Assembly: GCF_049651025.1 (NCBI RefSeq)
Contig: NZ_JBASBH010000035.1
Coordinates: forward strand, 3,611-67,610
DNA from: Parvibaculum sp.
GTDB lineage: Bacteria > Pseudomonadota > Alphaproteobacteria > Parvibaculales > Parvibaculaceae
Length of the DNA stretch: 64,000 nucleotides
Direction: 5' to 3'
The notes beneath the pieces were generated by a model, which had not been told where the DNA came from, searched no databases, and saw only the letters and a list, made by a program, of their open reading frames with translations. Shown here piece by piece: positions 16,479 through 26,346 of the stretch (position 1 is its first letter; every line of letters starts with the position of its first letter). The translations under genes were made by a program, and so were the position numbers.

Positions 16479-17326
16479 CATTTTCCGGTGAAGTTCGCTT
16501 TGCGCTTCTCGACGAAGTGGGCGACGCCTTCCTTGAAGTCGGCTGTGCCGAAGCTCTTCTGCATTTCGCTGTCGCCGACTTCCAGCGCTTCGTTGAAACC
16601 CTGAAAGAGCGCTTTCCAGATTTGCGCTTTCATCACGGCCATCGAGCGGGGCGAGACGGTTTCGGCAAGCACCGTCGCATAATCCATCACCGCGCCCATG
16701 AATGTCTCCTGCTCGAAGACCTTGTTGACGAGGCCCATGCGCTCGGCTTCGGCGGCTGTGAACTTGCGGGCCGAGAGCAAGAGGTCGAGCGAGTGAGCGG
16801 GGCCGACGAGATGCGGCAAGAGCCAGGATATGCCGTGCTCGGCAATCAGACCGCGCTGCGCAAAGGCGGTCGTGAACTTCGCGTCGGAACCAGCAAAGCG
16901 CATATCGGCATATAGCGCGAAGACGAGGCCGAGGCCTGCCGCCGGGCCGTTGATCGCGGCAATGATCGGCTTCCTGATTTGAAAGAGATAACCGAAGCGG
17001 CCGCCATAATGCGGCGTGACGTCCGGCCCGAGATCGTTGCGAAAATCGAAGGTTTCCTCGCGCGTGGCTTGCGCCAGTTCGCGGTCCTCCCAGTTCGCCG
17101 GTTTGATCTGCTGAAGGAGGCCCATATCGGCCCCGGCGCAAAAGCCGCGCCCTGCCCCGGTTATCACGATGACGCGCACCGCATCATCTTGCACTGCAGC
17201 AGCGAGCGCCCGCTTGATGCTCTTTTCCATGGCGGCAGTCCAGGCATTGAGCCTGTCCGGCCTGTTCAGGGTGATGAGGCCGACGCGGCCCTTCACCTCA
17301 TAAATGAGATCCTCATACTGGCTCAT
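16478..17326 (-). CDS. Enoyl-CoA hydratase/isomerase (crotonase) family protein
   Basis: MSQYEDLIYEVKGRVGLITLNRPDRLNAW ... VIVITGAGRGFCAGADM ... PIIAAINGPAAGLG. The ATG at 17326 is preceded by AGGGAGAAAG. The longer track start at 17398 was rejected. Confidence 0.88.
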   Translation of the reverse strand: MSQYEDLIYEVKGRVGLITLNRPDRLNAWTAAMEKSIKRALAAAVQDDAVRVIVITGAGRGFCAGADMGLLQQIKPANWEDRELAQATREETFDFRNDLGPDVTPHYGGRFGYLFQIRKPIIAAINGPAAGLGLVFALYADMRFAGSDAKFTTAFAQRGLIAEHGISWLLPHLVGPAHSLDLLLSARKFTAAEAERMGLVNKVFEQETFMGAVMDYATVLAETVSPRSMAVMKAQIWKALFQGFNEALEVGDSEMQKSFGTADFKEGVAHFVEKRKANFTGK

Positions 17327-17417
17327 GGCTTTCTCCCTCGGTTGGCTTTTGCTCTTGCGGCATTTTGAGCGAGTATAGGCACGAGAAAGCGCGCTCAAAA
17401 AGGATGCGAAAGAAAAA

Positions 17418-18224
17418 ATGACAGGGTTTCAGCAGATCGTCGTCGATAGCCCGGAGCCGCATGTCGCGCGGATCGTGCTCAATCGTCCGCAGCAGATGAA
17501 CGCCTATTCGACCCAAATGTGCGAGGAACTGGTCGAGGCGCTGGAAGATTATCTGCGCGATGACGACAAGCGCTGCCTCATCCTCACCGGCGCGGGGCGC
17601 GGATTTTGTTCGGGCGGCGATGTCAGCGGCGCCGATGGCGAGCACGCGGAACTGATGAAGACGCAGCTTTCTCACGGACGCGAAATGCGCGACGGCATGC
17701 ACCGCGTCATTCTTGCGCTGTCGCGCATCGACAAGCCGGTGATTGCGATGATCAACGGTGCGGCGGTCGCTGGCGGATTGACGCTGGCCCTTGCCTGCGA
17801 CATGCGCATTGCGTCCGATCAGGCAAAGCTTGGCGACACGTCTGGCCGCTTCGGGCTCCTGCCGGACGAAGGCGGCGCCTGGCTCTTTCCCCGCGCCATG
17901 GGCCTCGACCGGGCATTGAAGATGACGCTGCTTGGCGAGGTTTACAACGCAACCGAGGCTGAGCGCCTCGGGCTTGTAACGGAAGTCGTGCCGCATGCCG
18001 AGCTTGAAGTGCGGACATTCGCGCTGGCTCGCGCGCTTGCGAAGAAAGCACCGCTCGCCGTTCGGCTGGCGAAGAACATGATGCTGCGCGCGAGCGACGT
18101 GTCGCTGGAGCGTTCGCTTGGCGATGCGGCACTTTCCGTCATGGTCGCCAATCCGAGTGCGGATGTGCGCGAAGGCGTGAAAGCGTTCTTTGAAAAGCGG
18201 GAGCCTAAATTCGCGGGCAAGTGA
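17418..18224 (+). CDS. Enoyl-CoA hydratase/isomerase (crotonase) family protein
   Basis: 268 aa with IVLNRPQQMNAY, LILTGAGRGFCSGGD and PVIAMINGAAVAGGLTLALACDMRIA crotonase motifs. Confidence 0.9.
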   Translation: MTGFQQIVVDSPEPHVARIVLNRPQQMNAYSTQMCEELVEALEDYLRDDDKRCLILTGAGRGFCSGGDVSGADGEHAELMKTQLSHGREMRDGMHRVILALSRIDKPVIAMINGAAVAGGLTLALACDMRIASDQAKLGDTSGRFGLLPDEGGAWLFPRAMGLDRALKMTLLGEVYNATEAERLGLVTEVVPHAELEVRTFALARALAKKAPLAVRLAKNMMLRASDVSLERSLGDAALSVMVANPSADVREGVKAFFEKREPKFAGK

Positions 18225-18289
18225 AGCCGCTTGTCGCCCCTGCAAATCTGCTAGCCTTCCGATCAGCACAATCGAAACGGAACACCATC

Positions 18290-19522
18290 ATGCCTATGCC
18301 CGAAAAGGGAACCGACTGGGAAAGCCTCAAACGCGAGATGCAGGAGCGCGGTGCGCATGACGTCAAATGGCGTGATGGCAAGACGGCCGTTTATGTCTTC
18401 AATGCCGGGCCCGATGTCGAGCGCGTACAGAAGGAGGCCTATACGCTCTTCATGTCGGAAAATGGCCTCGGGCCGATGGCCTTTCCGAGCCTGAAGAAGA
18501 TGGAAGATGAAGTCGTCGCGATGGGGCTTTCGCTGCTTCATGCGCCTGACGGTGCCGTCGGCAACATCACATCAGGCGGCACGGATTCGATCACCATGGC
18601 GATGAAGACCGCGCGCGACTTTGCGCGCAAGGAAAAGGGTGTGACCGGCACGCCCAATGTCGTGTTGCCCTATTCGGCACATCCCGCCTTCGACAAGGCG
18701 GCGAAGATGATGGAGATCGAAATTCGCCGTGTGCCGGTCGGTGCCGATCTGCTGGCTGATGTGGAGGCGATGGGCAAGGCGGCGGACGAGCGCACGATCA
18801 TGATCGTCGGATCGGCGCCCTGCTTTCCTTATGGGCTTATCGACCCCATCGAGAAACTCGGCGCACTCGCGCAAGCGCGCGAGCTGTGGCTGCATGTGGA
18901 CGCTTGCGTCGGCGGATATATCGCGCCTTTCGTGCGGATGAATGGCGGCGATGTTCCGCCTTTCGATTTCGAGGTGCCCGGCGTTTCGTCCATGTCGGCC
19001 GATCTGCACAAATATGGCTATTGCGCCAAGGGCGCATCGACCGTGCTTTTCCGCTCCGAGGCGCTGCGTGCTTACATGATCTTCGACACGGATTCATGGC
19101 CGGGCGGGCGCATGGTCACGCCGACGCTTGCGGGCACGCGGCCCGGCGGCGCTATCGCGGCGGCATGGGCGGTGATGAATTTTCTCGGCGTCGAGGGTTA
19201 TCGCGCCAAGCACAAACAGGTGACGGATGCGCGCGAGAAGATCGAGGCGGGCGTCAAGGCGCTCGGCTTTCGCATTCTCGGAAAGCCGCAGCTCGGCCTT
19301 ATCGCCTATACGCATGACGAGATCGACTGCATGGCGGTGTGGGGCAAGTTGTTTGAGCGTGGCTGGTTTACGAGCCTGACGACGCAGCCCAAGGGGCTGC
19401 ATCTGATGCTCTCGCCCTTCCATCTGCAGGTGGCGGACACTTATCTGGCCGATCTCGCCTGGGCGGTGGAGCAGGTCAAAGCCGGTGCGAGCGGCGCAAA
19501 GCGCGAGGCGCGCTACAGCTGA
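18290..19522 (+). CDS. PLP-dependent group II decarboxylase / sphingosine-1-phosphate-lyase-like enzyme
   Basis: Fold-type I PLP enzyme with the SMSADLHKYGYCAKGAS lysine motif typical of group II decarboxylases/SPL. An ATG at 18290 is chosen over the track start 18221, which overlaps the upstream gene. Confidence 0.7.
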   Translation: MPMPEKGTDWESLKREMQERGAHDVKWRDGKTAVYVFNAGPDVERVQKEAYTLFMSENGLGPMAFPSLKKMEDEVVAMGLSLLHAPDGAVGNITSGGTDSITMAMKTARDFARKEKGVTGTPNVVLPYSAHPAFDKAAKMMEIEIRRVPVGADLLADVEAMGKAADERTIMIVGSAPCFPYGLIDPIEKLGALAQARELWLHVDACVGGYIAPFVRMNGGDVPPFDFEVPGVSSMSADLHKYGYCAKGASTVLFRSEALRAYMIFDTDSWPGGRMVTPTLAGTRPGGAIAAAWAVMNFLGVEGYRAKHKQVTDAREKIEAGVKALGFRILGKPQLGLIAYTHDEIDCMAVWGKLFERGWFTSLTTQPKGLHLMLSPFHLQVADTYLADLAWAVEQVKAGASGAKREARYS

Positions 19523-19526
19523 ATGC

Positions 19527-19557
19527 AAAAGAGCCCGCCAAATCGGCGGGCTCTTTC
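19527..19557. terminator. Bidirectional intrinsic terminator
   Basis: aaaa-gagcccgcc-aaatc-ggcgggctc-ttt between convergent genes (stops at 19522 and 19579). Confidence 0.7.
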
Positions 19558-19578
19558 ATATCGAAGGCGACTGAACGA

Positions 19579-19776
19579 TCAGTTGCCCGTGGCGTTGTCG
19601 ATTTTCTCGCCGGCCTTTTCAGCCGGGCCTTGCGGGTTCACTGCGTCCTTCATGGAATCTACAGCGTTGTCGAGTTTTTCGCCCGCCTTTTCAGCCGGGC
19701 CCTTGTCGTCGCATGCGGCCAGCGCGCCCATCAACGGGAGCGTGAGAGCGATGCCGATCATTGCTTTGCGCAACAT
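19579..19776 (-). CDS. Small lipoprotein (65 aa) with an internal duplicated GPAEKAGEK(L/I)DNA module
   Basis: MLRKAMIGIALTLPLMGALAAC has a lipobox (L-M-G-A-L-A-A-C). GGAG lies 9 nt upstream of the ATG at 19776. The track ORF start (19935) overlaps the next gene and was rejected. Confidence 0.65.
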   Translation of the reverse strand: MLRKAMIGIALTLPLMGALAACDDKGPAEKAGEKLDNAVDSMKDAVNPQGPAEKAGEKIDNATGN

Positions 19777-19810
19777 ATTCAAGACTCCATGTTCTTTCGG
19801 GAAAGTGACG

Positions 19811-19963
19811 TCAGATGACGCCGAGCAGCAAGAGGACGAGAAGAATGATGAGTATCGTGCCGATACCGCCACTTGGATAGTAACCCCAACTGGAGCTATA
19901 GGGCCAAGTCGGCAGTGCACCGACAACCAGCACAATGAGCAAAATCAGCAATAAAAGATGCAT
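19811..19963 (-). CDS. DUF3309-family small membrane protein (50 aa)
   Basis: My translation is MHLLLLILLIVLVVGALPTWPYSSSWGYYPSGGIGTILIILLVLLLLGVI. It matches the DUF3309 signature (LPTWPYSxxWGYYPSGG flanked by two TM segments). It falls below the ORF-track size cutoff. Confidence 0.75.
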   Translation of the reverse strand: MHLLLLILLIVLVVGALPTWPYSSSWGYYPSGGIGTILIILLVLLLLGVI

Positions 19964-19983
19964 GTTGGTTCAACCCATAAAAC

Positions 19984-20058
19984 TCAGTGAAACAGAAAAT
20001 AGATGAGGATGAGGATCGGAATCGGAACGCCGACGATCCAGAGAAACAAATAGCGCAT
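19984..20058 (-). CDS. 24-aa hydrophobic micro-protein
   Basis: MRYLFLWIVGVPIPILILIYFLFH. The ATG at 20058 is preceded by a strong GGAGGAATAGAC that overlaps the stop of the upstream ORF (translational coupling). Confidence 0.55.
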   Translation of the reverse strand: MRYLFLWIVGVPIPILILIYFLFH

Positions 20059-20060
20059 GT

Positions 20061-20276
20061 CTATTCCTCCACATGGCGCGCATGATTGACGATGCGCGAC
20101 GCGAGATAGACGACAACCGCCGTCACAACGACAGATGTCACGGGCCGCTTGCGGATCGCATTCACGACAGTGTCGACGACAGGATGCGCAAAGGCTTCCT
20201 TTGTCAGGTCTCTGGCATCGTCTTTCAGCGCTTCAGCATCTCTGCGCAGACGGGTCGTTTTGCTTCTGATCGCCAT
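20061..20276 (-). CDS. Small C-terminally membrane-anchored hypothetical protein (71 aa from the ATG at 20276; start could be 20315)
   Basis: MAIRSKTTRLRRDAEALKDDARDLTKEAF ... RPVTSVVVTAVVVYLASRIV: a charged helix followed by one TM segment. First gene behind the EcfG-type promoter. Confidence 0.55.
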   Translation of the reverse strand: MAIRSKTTRLRRDAEALKDDARDLTKEAFAHPVVDTVVNAIRKRPVTSVVVTAVVVYLASRIVNHARHVEE

Positions 20277-20343
20277 AGCACTATTCACCGTCACTCTGTG
20301 GGGCACACAATTCACCGGCCATAAGGCCCGGCTCGTCTAGTGA

Positions 20344-20368
20344 AACGCCGTAAATCAGGTGCGGTTCC
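20344..20368 (-). promoter_or_regulatory. EcfG-type (general stress response ECF sigma) promoter
   Basis: The minus strand reads GGAAC-CGCACCTGATTTACGG-CGTT, which is GGAAC-N16-CGTT. It lies about 30-70 nt upstream of the first small ORF. Confidence 0.6.
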
Positions 20369-20482
20369 CTTGACCGGGTCGAATAGTTTCCAGGGCAAGG
20401 GCGTCCTATGCGGGACATGTTCCCAAAGCGCATTCGCCTGCTACACTCCAGCCGACAAAAGAAGTCACTGGGAGGGACTCTG

Positions 20483-22030
20483 ATGGGCGGGTTTGTGCGG
20501 TCGGGTGAGCGCGTATCCGATATTGCGGTTTTGTCTGAGCATGCGGCGCGCGCCGGGTCGGGGTTTGCGAGCCTCGGCATCGGGCCGGGCGACGTTGTTG
20601 CCATCTATCTCCGAAACGACTTTGCCTTTTTCGAAGCCTCCGTCGCGGCGGGCCTTGTCGGCGCTTATTCGACGCCGGTCAATTGGCACAATTCCGCCGA
20701 TGAAGCTGCTTACATCTTTGAAAATTCGGGCGCGAAGGCGATCGTCATCCATGCCGATCTCTATCATCCAATCGCCAGCGCGCTGCCTGCCGGGGTGCCG
20801 GTCTTCGTCGTAGAGACGCCGCCAGAGATCATCGCCGCCTATCGCCTCCCTGCCGATGCGCTGCGACTGCCCGCGGGGGTACCACTCTGGAGCGAGTGGC
20901 TCGCGAAATTCCCACCCAAGGAAAAAGGGCCCGACGAGCCGCCGGGCACGATGATCTACACGTCCGGCACGACCGGACACCCCAAGGGCGTGCGCCGGGC
21001 GCGACCGAATGGCGAGCAGGCGCTTGCATGGCAGAAACTCGTCGGCGGCGTGATGGGCTTCGATCCGAAATTCGGCAATCCCGTCGACATGGTGACCGTG
21101 ATCACAGGGCCGATGTATCACTCCGCGCCCAATGCCTATGGACTGTTTGCATTTCGCGTCGGCGCGAATGCGATCCTGCAGCCGCGCTTCGATCCCGAAG
21201 AATTGCTGGCGATGATCGACAAGTACAAGGTTACGCATCTTCATATGGTGCCGACCATGTTCGTCCGTCTGCTGAAGCTTCCCGATGAGGTGAAGAAGAA
21301 ATACGACCTTTCGTCCTTGCGCTTCGTCGTCCACGCGGCGGCGCCCTGCCCGGTTCATGTGAAACAGGCCATGATCGAATGGTGGGGGCCGGTAATTTTC
21401 GAATATTACGGCGGCACGGAAACCGGCGCGGTCGTTTTCTGCGACAGCAAGGAATGGCTCGCTCATCCTGGGACGGTGGGCAAGGCGGTCGACGGCGCGG
21501 AAGTTCGTGTGCTGGGGGAAAATGGCGAGGAGCTTGCCAAGGGCGCGACCGGGGAAATCGTTTGCCGGACGTTCACCATTCCCGATTTCACCTATCATCG
21601 CGACGAAGAGAAACGGCAGCGCGCGGAGAAAGCGGGCCTGATCTCGCTTGGCGATATGGGTTATCTCGACGATGACGGCTTTCTCTATCTGTGCGACCGC
21701 GCCAAGGACATGATCATCTCGGGCGGCGTCAACATCTACCCTGCCGAGATCGAGGCGGAGCTGCACAAGATGCCGGGCGTCGGCGACTGTGCAGTCTTCG
21801 GCATTCCCGACGAGGAATTCGGCGAACAGGTCTGCGCCATCGTGCAGAGGCTGCCCGGGGCAGACATCACGGAAAGCGCCGTGCGTTCATTTCTCCGTGA
21901 GAAGATCGCCGGCTACAAGGTGCCCAAGCACGTCGAATTCCGTACCGACCTGCCGCGCGAGGACTCCGGCAAAATCTTCAAGCGCAAGCTGCGCGAGCCT
22001 TTCTGGGAAGCCGCCGGACGGAGAATCTGA
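20483..22030 (+). CDS. Acyl-CoA synthetase / AMP-dependent ligase (ANL superfamily)
   Basis: AMP-binding motif MIYTSGTTGHPKGV, plus YGGTETG, GDMGYLDDDGFLYLCDRAKDMII and a C-terminal GKIFKRKLR lysine. The ATG at 20483 is preceded by GGGAGGGA. Confidence 0.9.
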   Translation: MGGFVRSGERVSDIAVLSEHAARAGSGFASLGIGPGDVVAIYLRNDFAFFEASVAAGLVGAYSTPVNWHNSADEAAYIFENSGAKAIVIHADLYHPIASALPAGVPVFVVETPPEIIAAYRLPADALRLPAGVPLWSEWLAKFPPKEKGPDEPPGTMIYTSGTTGHPKGVRRARPNGEQALAWQKLVGGVMGFDPKFGNPVDMVTVITGPMYHSAPNAYGLFAFRVGANAILQPRFDPEELLAMIDKYKVTHLHMVPTMFVRLLKLPDEVKKKYDLSSLRFVVHAAAPCPVHVKQAMIEWWGPVIFEYYGGTETGAVVFCDSKEWLAHPGTVGKAVDGAEVRVLGENGEELAKGATGEIVCRTFTIPDFTYHRDEEKRQRAEKAGLISLGDMGYLDDDGFLYLCDRAKDMIISGGVNIYPAEIEAELHKMPGVGDCAVFGIPDEEFGEQVCAIVQRLPGADITESAVRSFLREKIAGYKVPKHVEFRTDLPREDSGKIFKRKLREPFWEAAGRRI

Positions 22031-22221
22031 GTTCTCCCGACGTCCTGCTGCACGTGCGAAGGCCGGTAGAACCGGCTCGCACCGCCGTGAAAATCACCGG
22101 CCACTTTGATCGACTGCGGATCAATTCCGCGGGTTCGAGGCCGTTCGAGCGGTCTTAATTCGCTCCGACCACGGCCGGATGGTCGCGCCTGTCGGCTCGA
22201 GCCGGGCCGCCGCATCCTCTT

Positions 22222-22237
22222 TTTATGCGATCTTTAT
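22222..22237 (+). promoter_or_regulatory. Candidate KdpE (OmpR-family) direct-repeat operator
   Basis: TTTAT at 22222-22226 and TTTAT at 22233-22237, giving 11-bp periodicity in a T-rich tract about 90 nt upstream of the first kdp-locus ORF. Confidence 0.3.
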
Positions 22238-22325
22238 TCTTTCGCGCCCCAAGTCATCTCGATTTTTGTGTCACATTAGGTGTCTGCTCCGGTCACGCTA
22301 CGGACCCTGTCGAAGGAGACTCCTC

Positions 22326-22409
22326 ATGCTCGACGCCGGAATGCTCGCTCTCGCGCTCGCCTCCTTTGCGGCGCTCTTTGGCTATCTTTTCCTCTGCGAC
22401 CGTCTGTGA
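22326..22409 (+). CDS. 27-aa hydrophobic peptide encoded immediately upstream of kdpF
   Basis: MLDAGMLALALASFAALFGYLFLCDRL. The ATG is preceded by AAGGAGA at optimal spacing. The stop lies 7 nt before the kdpF ATG. Confidence 0.5.
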   Translation: MLDAGMLALALASFAALFGYLFLCDRL

Positions 22410-22416
22410 GGCCCCC

Positions 22417-22506
22417 ATGAGCTTCGATCTCATTCTGGGGGGCGGCGTCGCCCTTTTCATTCTCGGCTATCTGCTTGTCGTCCTCGCCATGCCGGAAAGG
22501 TTCTAG
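22417..22506 (+). CDS. kdpF: K+-transporting ATPase subunit F
   Basis: MSFDLILGGGVALFILGYLLVVLAMPERF: 29 aa with one TM segment and the KdpF C-terminal signature YL..AL..PE(R/K)F. Located directly upstream of kdpA. Confidence 0.8.
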   Translation: MSFDLILGGGVALFILGYLLVVLAMPERF

Positions 22507-22515
22507 GAGCCTGCC

Positions 22516-24243
22516 ATGACAGCGAACGGTCTTATCCAGATCGCGCTTTTCAGCGTGATCGTTTTGCTTATCGCGCGCCCGCTCGGCGGCTACATGACGC
22601 GCGTGTTCAAGGGAGACCATGTCTTCCTCACGCCGATCCTCCGGCCCGTCGAGTTGCTCTTTTACAGGCTCGCAGGCGTTGACGAAAAAGACGATCAGCA
22701 TTGGCTCCGCTATGGCGGCGCGATGCTTTTTTTCAATTTGGCCTGCTTTGCCCTTCTCTACGCCATGCTGCGTTTGCAGGCCTATCTGCCCTTCAATCCG
22801 CAGGGCTTCGGCAATGTCGATCCATTGCTTGCTTTCAACACGGCGGTTTCCTTCGTCACCAATACCAACTGGCAGAACTACGGCGGCGAGACGACGCTGA
22901 GCTACTTCGTCCAGATGGCCGGCCTCACCGTGCACAACTTCGTCTCGGCGGCGACCGGCGTGGCGCTGGCGATGGCCTTCATTCGTGGCTTCTCGCGCGC
23001 GTCGGCGAATGGGCTCGGCAATTTCTGGATCGATCTCACACGCTGCTCGCTTTACGTGCTGCTGCCCGTCGCGATCGTCGTCGGCCTCTTCTTCGTCTGG
23101 CAGGGGATGCCGCAGACACTGGGTGCCTATGTCGATGCGACCACCGTCGAAGGCGCACACCAGACCATCGCCGTCGGGCCCGTCGCTTCGCAAGAGGTGA
23201 TCAAGATATTCGGCACGAATGGCGGCGGCTTCTTCAATGCAAACTCGTCGCATCCCTTCGAAAATCCGAACGCCATCACCAATCTCGTCCAGATGCTCCT
23301 GATTTTCGCAATCGGCGCGGCGCTCACAAACGTTTTCGGCCGCATGGTCGGCAACGAGTGGCAGGGCTGGGCACTGTTCGGCGCCATGGGCGTCCTGTTC
23401 CTCGTCGGCGCGCTCACAGCCTATCATTTCGAAGCTGTCGGCAACCCGAACATATCTGCGCTCGGCGTCGATCAGACCGTCAGCGCGCTACAGGCGGGCG
23501 GCAATATGGAGGGCAAGGATGTCCGCTTCGGCATCGCCAATTCCGCCCTCTTTGCCACCGTCACGACGGATGCGTCCTGCGGCGCCGTCAATTCCTGGCA
23601 TGACAGCTTCACGCCGCTTGGCGGGCTCGTTCCCATGGTCAACATGGAGCTTGGCGAAATCATTTTCGGCGGCGTCGGTTCCGGTCTTTACGGCATGCTG
23701 CTCTTTGCCATCGTCGCCGTCTTCATTGCCGGGCTGATGGTCGGGCGCACGCCGGAATATGTCGGCAAGAAAATCGAGGGCTATGACGTCAAGATGACGG
23801 CGCTCGCCATCATCATCCTGCCCTTCTCAACGCTGGGCTTCACCGCACTTGCAAGCTCGCTTCCCGTCGGCGTGTCGAGCATCGCCAATGCCGGTCCGCA
23901 TGGCTTCAGCGAGATCCTCTATGCCTTCAGCTCGACCACAGGTAACAATGGCAGCGCCTTTGGCGGCCTGACGGGCAACACGCCCTTCTACAATGTCACG
24001 CTGGGGCTTGCGATGCTGATCGGCCGCTTCGGCATGATCGTTCCGATGCTCGCGGTTGCCGGCTCACTCGCGCGCAAGAAACACGTCGCGACTTCCGCCG
24101 GCACGTTTCCGACCGATGGCGGGCTTTTCGTCGCGATCCTCATCGCCGTCATCATCATCGTCGGCGGCCTCACCTACTTCCCGGCTCTTTCGCTCGGTCC
24201 GATCGTCGAACACTTCTCGATGGTCAACGGCACGCTTTACTGA
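22516..24243 (+). CDS. kdpA: K+-transporting ATPase subunit A
   Basis: 575 aa polytopic protein with [11 protein letters not shown] and [19 protein letters not shown] selectivity-filter-like KdpA motifs. Confidence 0.95.
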   Translation: MTANGLIQIALFSVIVLLIARPLGGYMTRVFKGDHVFLTPILRPVELLFYRLAGVDEKDDQHWLRYGGAMLFFNLACFALLYAMLRLQAYLPFNPQGFGNVDPLLAFNTAVSFVTNTNWQNYGGETTLSYFVQMAGLTVHNFVSAATGVALAMAFIRGFSRASANGLGNFWIDLTRCSLYVLLPVAIVVGLFFVWQGMPQTLGAYVDATTVEGAHQTIAVGPVASQEVIKIFGTNGGGFFNANSSHPFENPNAITNLVQMLLIFAIGAALTNVFGRMVGNEWQGWALFGAMGVLFLVGALTAYHFEAVGNPNISALGVDQTVSALQAGGNMEGKDVRFGIANSALFATVTTDASCGAVNSWHDSFTPLGGLVPMVNMELGEIIFGGVGSGLYGMLLFAIVAVFIAGLMVGRTPEYVGKKIEGYDVKMTALAIIILPFSTLGFTALASSLPVGVSSIANAGPHGFSEILYAFSSTTGNNGSAFGGLTGNTPFYNVTLGLAMLIGRFGMIVPMLAVAGSLARKKHVATSAGTFPTDGGLFVAILIAVIIIVGGLTYFPALSLGPIVEHFSMVNGTLY

Positions 24244-24252
24244 GGAAAAATC

Positions 24253-26337
24253 ATGTCACTTGCTCATAACCCGGCAGCCAGCGAGAGTTCCTCTCATCGC
24301 CTCAAAACGGCTTCGCTCTTCCGGGGCGATCTTGTCAGGCAGGCGATCATCGACTCCTTCGTGAAGCTCAGCCCGCGCACATTGGTCAAGAACCCGGTCA
24401 TGTTCGTGGTCGAGATCGTCGCCGCGCTGACAAGCGTTCTGCTGGTGCGCGATCTCGCCATCGGCGCGCATGTCGGCTTCACGGCGCAGATCGTCTTCTG
24501 GCTATGGTTTACCGTGCTGTTTGCAAACTTCGCTGAAGCCCTTGCCGAAGGACGCGGCAAGGCCCAGGCCGATGCGCTTCGCCGCACGCGCTCTGAAGCC
24601 GTCGCCAAGCTTTTGCGGAAGAGCGGCGCCGGTTATGACATCGTCCCGGCAGCTCAGCTCAAGGTCGGCGACGTCGTGCTGGTCGAGGTGAACGATCTTA
24701 TCCCGAGCGACGGCGATGTCGTCGAGGGCGTCGCATCGGTTGACGAATCCGCCATCACCGGCGAATCCGCGCCTGTCATCCGCGAAAGCGGCGGCGACCG
24801 CTCCGCCGTTACAGGCGGCACACGCGTGCTGTCGGACCAGATCAAGGTCCGCATTACCGCCGCACAGGGCTCGACCTTTCTCGACCGGATGATCCATCTC
24901 GTCGAAGGCGCCGCGCGGCAGAAGACGCCGAATGAAATAGCGCTCAACATCCTTCTCGTCGGCCTCACCATCATCTTCCTGTTCGCGACGGTAACGATCC
25001 CGAGCTTTGTTTCCTATGCGGGCGGCACCGTGCCGGTCACGGTTCTCGTCGCGCTCTTTGTCACGCTCATCCCGACGACAATCGGCGCGCTGCTTTCTGC
25101 CATCGGCATTGCGGGCATGGATCGCCTCGTGAAATTCAACGTGCTCGCCATGTCCGGCCGCGCCGTCGAGGCGGCAGGCGATGTCGATACGCTGCTCCTC
25201 GACAAGACGGGCACCATCACGCTCGGCAATCGCGTCGCCAGCGAATTCGTGACCATGCCCGGCGTCAGCGCACAGGAGCTTGCCGATGCAGCGCAGCTTT
25301 CCTCTCTAAGCGACGAAACGCCGGAAGGCCGCTCCATCGTCATTCTCGCCAAGGAAAAATATGGCCTGCGCGGGCGCGAGCTTGCCAATCTCAACGCGAA
25401 GTTCATTCCCTTCTCGGCCCAGACACGCATGAGCGGCATCGACATTGACGGGCATCAGATCCGGAAAGGCGCCGCCGATGCGATATTGCAATTCGTCGGC
25501 GTGAATGCTCCCAATGCCGTCGTACCGAAGGAATTCCAGCAGGTCGTCGACGGGATCGCTCGCGCGGGCGGAACGCCGCTCGCCGTGTCGAAAGATCACA
25601 CTATCCTCGGCGTCATCCACCTCAAGGACATCGTCAAGGGCGGCATTCGCGAGCGTTTCGCGGCGCTGCGCCGGATGGGCATTCGCACCATCATGATCAC
25701 CGGCGACAACCCGCTGACGGCAGCCGCCATTGCGGCGGAATCGGGTGTTGACGATTTTCTCGCTCAGGCAACGCCCGAGGACAAGCTGCGCCTGATCCGC
25801 GAGGAACAGGCCAAGGGAAAGCTCGTCGCCATGTGCGGCGACGGCACCAATGACGCGCCCGCGCTTGCTCAGGCCGATGTCGGCGTCGCCATGCAGACCG
25901 GCACGCAAGCCGCCCGCGAGGCCGGTAACATGATCGACCTCGACAGCGATCCGACAAAGCTCATCGAGATCGTCGCCATCGGCAAGCAATTGCTGATGAC
26001 GCGCGGCACGCTGACCACGTTTTCGATCGCCAACGATGTCGCAAAATATTTCGCGATCATCCCGGCCATGTTCGCGGCCTTCTATCCGGGCCTCGGCGTG
26101 CTCAACATCATGCATCTCTCGACCCCGCAAAGCGCGATCCTGTCGGCCATCATCTTCAATGCGCTCATCATCATCGCATTGATCCCGCTGGCACTCCGGG
26201 GCGTTCAGTACACGCCGCGCAGCGCCGCCGCCTTCCTGATCCGCAATCTGCTGATCTATGGCGCGGGCGGCATCATCGTTCCCTTCATCGGCATCAAGCT
26301 CATCGATCTCACCATCACGGCAATCGGTCTTGTCTGA
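24253..26337 (+). CDS. kdpB: K+-transporting P-type ATPase subunit B
   Basis: 694 aa with the P-type motifs [14 protein letters not shown] (phosphorylation Asp), [10 protein letters not shown] and [18 protein letters not shown]. Confidence 0.95.
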   Translation: MSLAHNPAASESSSHRLKTASLFRGDLVRQAIIDSFVKLSPRTLVKNPVMFVVEIVAALTSVLLVRDLAIGAHVGFTAQIVFWLWFTVLFANFAEALAEGRGKAQADALRRTRSEAVAKLLRKSGAGYDIVPAAQLKVGDVVLVEVNDLIPSDGDVVEGVASVDESAITGESAPVIRESGGDRSAVTGGTRVLSDQIKVRITAAQGSTFLDRMIHLVEGAARQKTPNEIALNILLVGLTIIFLFATVTIPSFVSYAGGTVPVTVLVALFVTLIPTTIGALLSAIGIAGMDRLVKFNVLAMSGRAVEAAGDVDTLLLDKTGTITLGNRVASEFVTMPGVSAQELADAAQLSSLSDETPEGRSIVILAKEKYGLRGRELANLNAKFIPFSAQTRMSGIDIDGHQIRKGAADAILQFVGVNAPNAVVPKEFQQVVDGIARAGGTPLAVSKDHTILGVIHLKDIVKGGIRERFAALRRMGIRTIMITGDNPLTAAAIAAESGVDDFLAQATPEDKLRLIREEQAKGKLVAMCGDGTNDAPALAQADVGVAMQTGTQAAREAGNMIDLDSDPTKLIEIVAIGKQLLMTRGTLTTFSIANDVAKYFAIIPAMFAAFYPGLGVLNIMHLSTPQSAILSAIIFNALIIIALIPLALRGVQYTPRSAAAFLIRNLLIYGAGGIIVPFIGIKLIDLTITAIGLV

Positions 26338-26346
26338 GGAAAAGCC

